A DNA stretch of 64,000 nucleotides from a virus: IMG/VR virus record IMGVR_UViG_3300045988_128165. One strand, 5' to 3'. The position numbers and the translations under genes were made by a program. Shown piece by piece: positions 62,708-64,000 of the stretch; position 1 is the stretch's first letter; each line of letters begins with the position of its first letter. A model generated the notes under the pieces. The model was not told where the DNA came from and searched no databases. It saw only the letters and a program-made list of their open reading frames with translations.

Positions 62708-62902
62708 ATGAAATACATAACAGTAAAACAATTATATGAAAAATTAAATGCAGAGCATCCGGGACTAATTGGAATTAATAGTGTCTATGAGCTTGTCAAA
62801 CGTAAAGACTTCCCGTCAATTAGAAATGGGCGTAAATTCCTTATCATTGAGGACAAAGTTGATGAATGGTTTGAAAAGAAAAGTTTGGCTTATAAAAGAT
62901 AG
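62708..62902 (+). CDS. excisionase-family HTH DNA-binding protein
   Basis: 64 aa with HTH-like VYELVKRKDFPSIRNGRKFLI; sits next to the int module. Confidence 0.6.
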   Translation: MKYITVKQLYEKLNAEHPGLIGINSVYELVKRKDFPSIRNGRKFLIIEDKVDEWFEKKSLAYKR

Positions 62903-62917
62903 ATAAACTATATTGAA

Positions 62918-63240
62918 TTGTGGTCAAAAGATGTGGTACAATAAAATTGTGGTAAATGATGTGGTCATTCAGCAAAAACATATCACTTAAATCTAGGAGA
63001 ATCAATGACTTGAGTTGTTTTTATTTATGGACACTTATGGTTCATATAGCCTGAGAAACAGCCATAAAAACATAATAGAACAGCTATTCACAAACACAAG
63101 TCTAAAGCATTGGAGCTAGAATATATGCTGGTTTAAGCTTGCTTTGGAAGAAAATTGTATTCACTCGATATCACCAATAATCTTGTACTATTATGATAAA
63201 TAATCAAAAAATTGTGGTATTATTGTGGTACGATTGTGAC
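62918..63240 (+). repeat. seven direct (A/T)TGTGGT(A/C) repeats in two clusters (candidate integrase arm sites)
   Basis: copies near 62919, 62932, 62948, 62960 and 63212, 63223, 63234. Confidence 0.65.
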
Positions 63241-63252
63241 TAAAAATTGCCA

Positions 63253-63281
63253 TTGACCATATTGTTTTCATCAAATATAAT
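63253..63281 (+). promoter_or_regulatory. sigma-A-type promoter of int
   Basis: TTGACC, 17 nt, TATAAT. Confidence 0.65.
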
Positions 63282-63294
63282 AATGATATGAACT

Positions 63295-63309
63295 ATAATT
63301 TTGTATTGT
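63295..63309 (-). repeat. inverted motif copy (ATAATTTTGTATTGT)
   Basis: in the int leader. Confidence 0.75.
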
Positions 63310-63331
63310 TAGAAAATGGAGGAATATATTT

Positions 63332-64000
63332 ATGGCAAAGAAAAGAAGTAATGGGGAAGGATCGTGGACGCAAAGAGACAATGGCACTTGGAAATTGTCT
63401 GTAGCTTATAAAGGAATAGGAAGAAAATATTTTTACGGGGACAAGCAAACTTGTTTAAAGAAAAAACGTGAATTTGAAGTATTACTTAATAAAAATATCG
63501 TTGGGGATAAGGATATATTATTTGAAGATTTTATTCATTCTTGGCTTTTCACAGTCAAACAGCCAACATTGAAACCTTCATCATTTGATAGAATGGAACG
63601 TGTATTAAAAGAAAAACATGTGACAAGATTATATAATTTAGAAATGAAACAAATAGATGGACATTTAATTCAAACTTTTATTATTAATAAAATGAAAGAC
63701 GATGGGCTCGCATATGAAACAATTAAGAAAACATGTTCTGCATTAGGAGAGATATTCAATTATGCATTACTACGAGAAAAGATTGACAGAAACCCGATGG
63801 GGGAAGTTAGACTACCAAAAAAGTCGCTATTTGTACAAAAAGAAAGAAGATATTTGTCTCAACAAGAAAGAGAAAAATTAATACAAACATGCTATTCTAG
63901 GCATAAAAATGGAGTGCGTATTTATAAGAATGGCGCTTTGTATGTATTTTTACTATATACTGGATGCAGAGTTGGAGAAGCTTTAGCTTTAAGGTGGAGC
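63332..64000 (+). CDS. tyrosine integrase (5' part; runs off the window)
   Basis: N-terminus KRSNGEGSW..RDNGTWK and box I TGCRVGEALALRW; ATG behind GGAGG. Confidence 0.8.
   Translation, partial: MAKKRSNGEGSWTQRDNGTWKLSVAYKGIGRKYFYGDKQTCLKKKREFEVLLNKNIVGDKDILFEDFIHSWLFTVKQPTLKPSSFDRMERVLKEKHVTRLYNLEMKQIDGHLIQTFIINKMKDDGLAYETIKKTCSALGEIFNYALLREKIDRNPMGEVRLPKKSLFVQKERRYLSQQEREKLIQTCYSRHKNGVRIYKNGALYVFLLYTGCRVGEALALRWS

Noticed and set aside
314-62731. All minus-strand ORFs in the track (for example 314..808, 1490..2020, 4056..4529, 7528..7977, 15856..16299, 62363..62731)
   Set aside because: Each lies antisense to a longer, RBS-linked plus-strand gene or inside the tRNA array. They lack SD sites and have low-complexity composition typical of shadow frames in AT-rich DNA.
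2446-63309. Reverse complement of the 15-nt motif as a Bacteroidetes -7 promoter box (TAnnTTTG)
   Set aside because: It would drive transcription antisense to every gene. The strong SD sites and TTGACA/TATAAT boxes point to a Firmicute host.
1-64000. CRISPR array, rRNA genes, transposase or IS elements
   Set aside because: No regularly spaced 25-40-nt repeats, no rRNA-like conserved stretches, and no transposase-like ORFs or terminal inverted repeats were seen.

Overview
AT-rich 64-kb block in which every credible gene is on the + strand, tightly packed and preceded by AGGAGG-type Shine-Dalgarno sites, with TTGACA-17-TATAAT promoters. It reads as the early, replication and nucleotide-metabolism half of a large temperate phage or prophage of an anaerobic Firmicute. 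The host guess rests on SD usage, sigma-A-type promoters, an anaerobic RNR and a SleB-type hydrolase. Recognisable content: SSB-like protein, Sak4-like ATPase, DnaB-like helicase, Toprim primase, RecJ-like DHH nuclease, NAD-dependent ligase, RecD-like helicase, DnaE, NrdD/NrdG, dUTPase, dCMP deaminase, 5'-nucleotidase, deoxyribosyltransferase-like protein, NCS2 permease, Gmk-like kinase, an orphan N6-adenine methyltransferase, a Lar-like protein, two GIY-YIG and one HNH homing endonuclease, a mid-genome Xer-like recombinase, and an xis / arm-repeat / int module at the right end. Three things stand out. (1) A 4-kb tRNA array (25.6-29.6 kb) holds many non-standard tRNA-like genes, including a complete tRNA-like unit sitting exactly inside the anticodon loop of an otherwise canonical tRNA-Ile(UAU). 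(2) An RNA-repair gene set is present: cysteine desulfurase, KxDG RNA ligase, Pol-beta nucleotidyltransferase, P-loop kinase-HD fusion and a distant Thg1-like enzyme. (3) A 15-nt element ACAATACAAAATTAT recurs at least 27 times, almost always co-oriented with the genes, at the heads of transcription units. All folds and family calls were made by eye, with no search or folding program.
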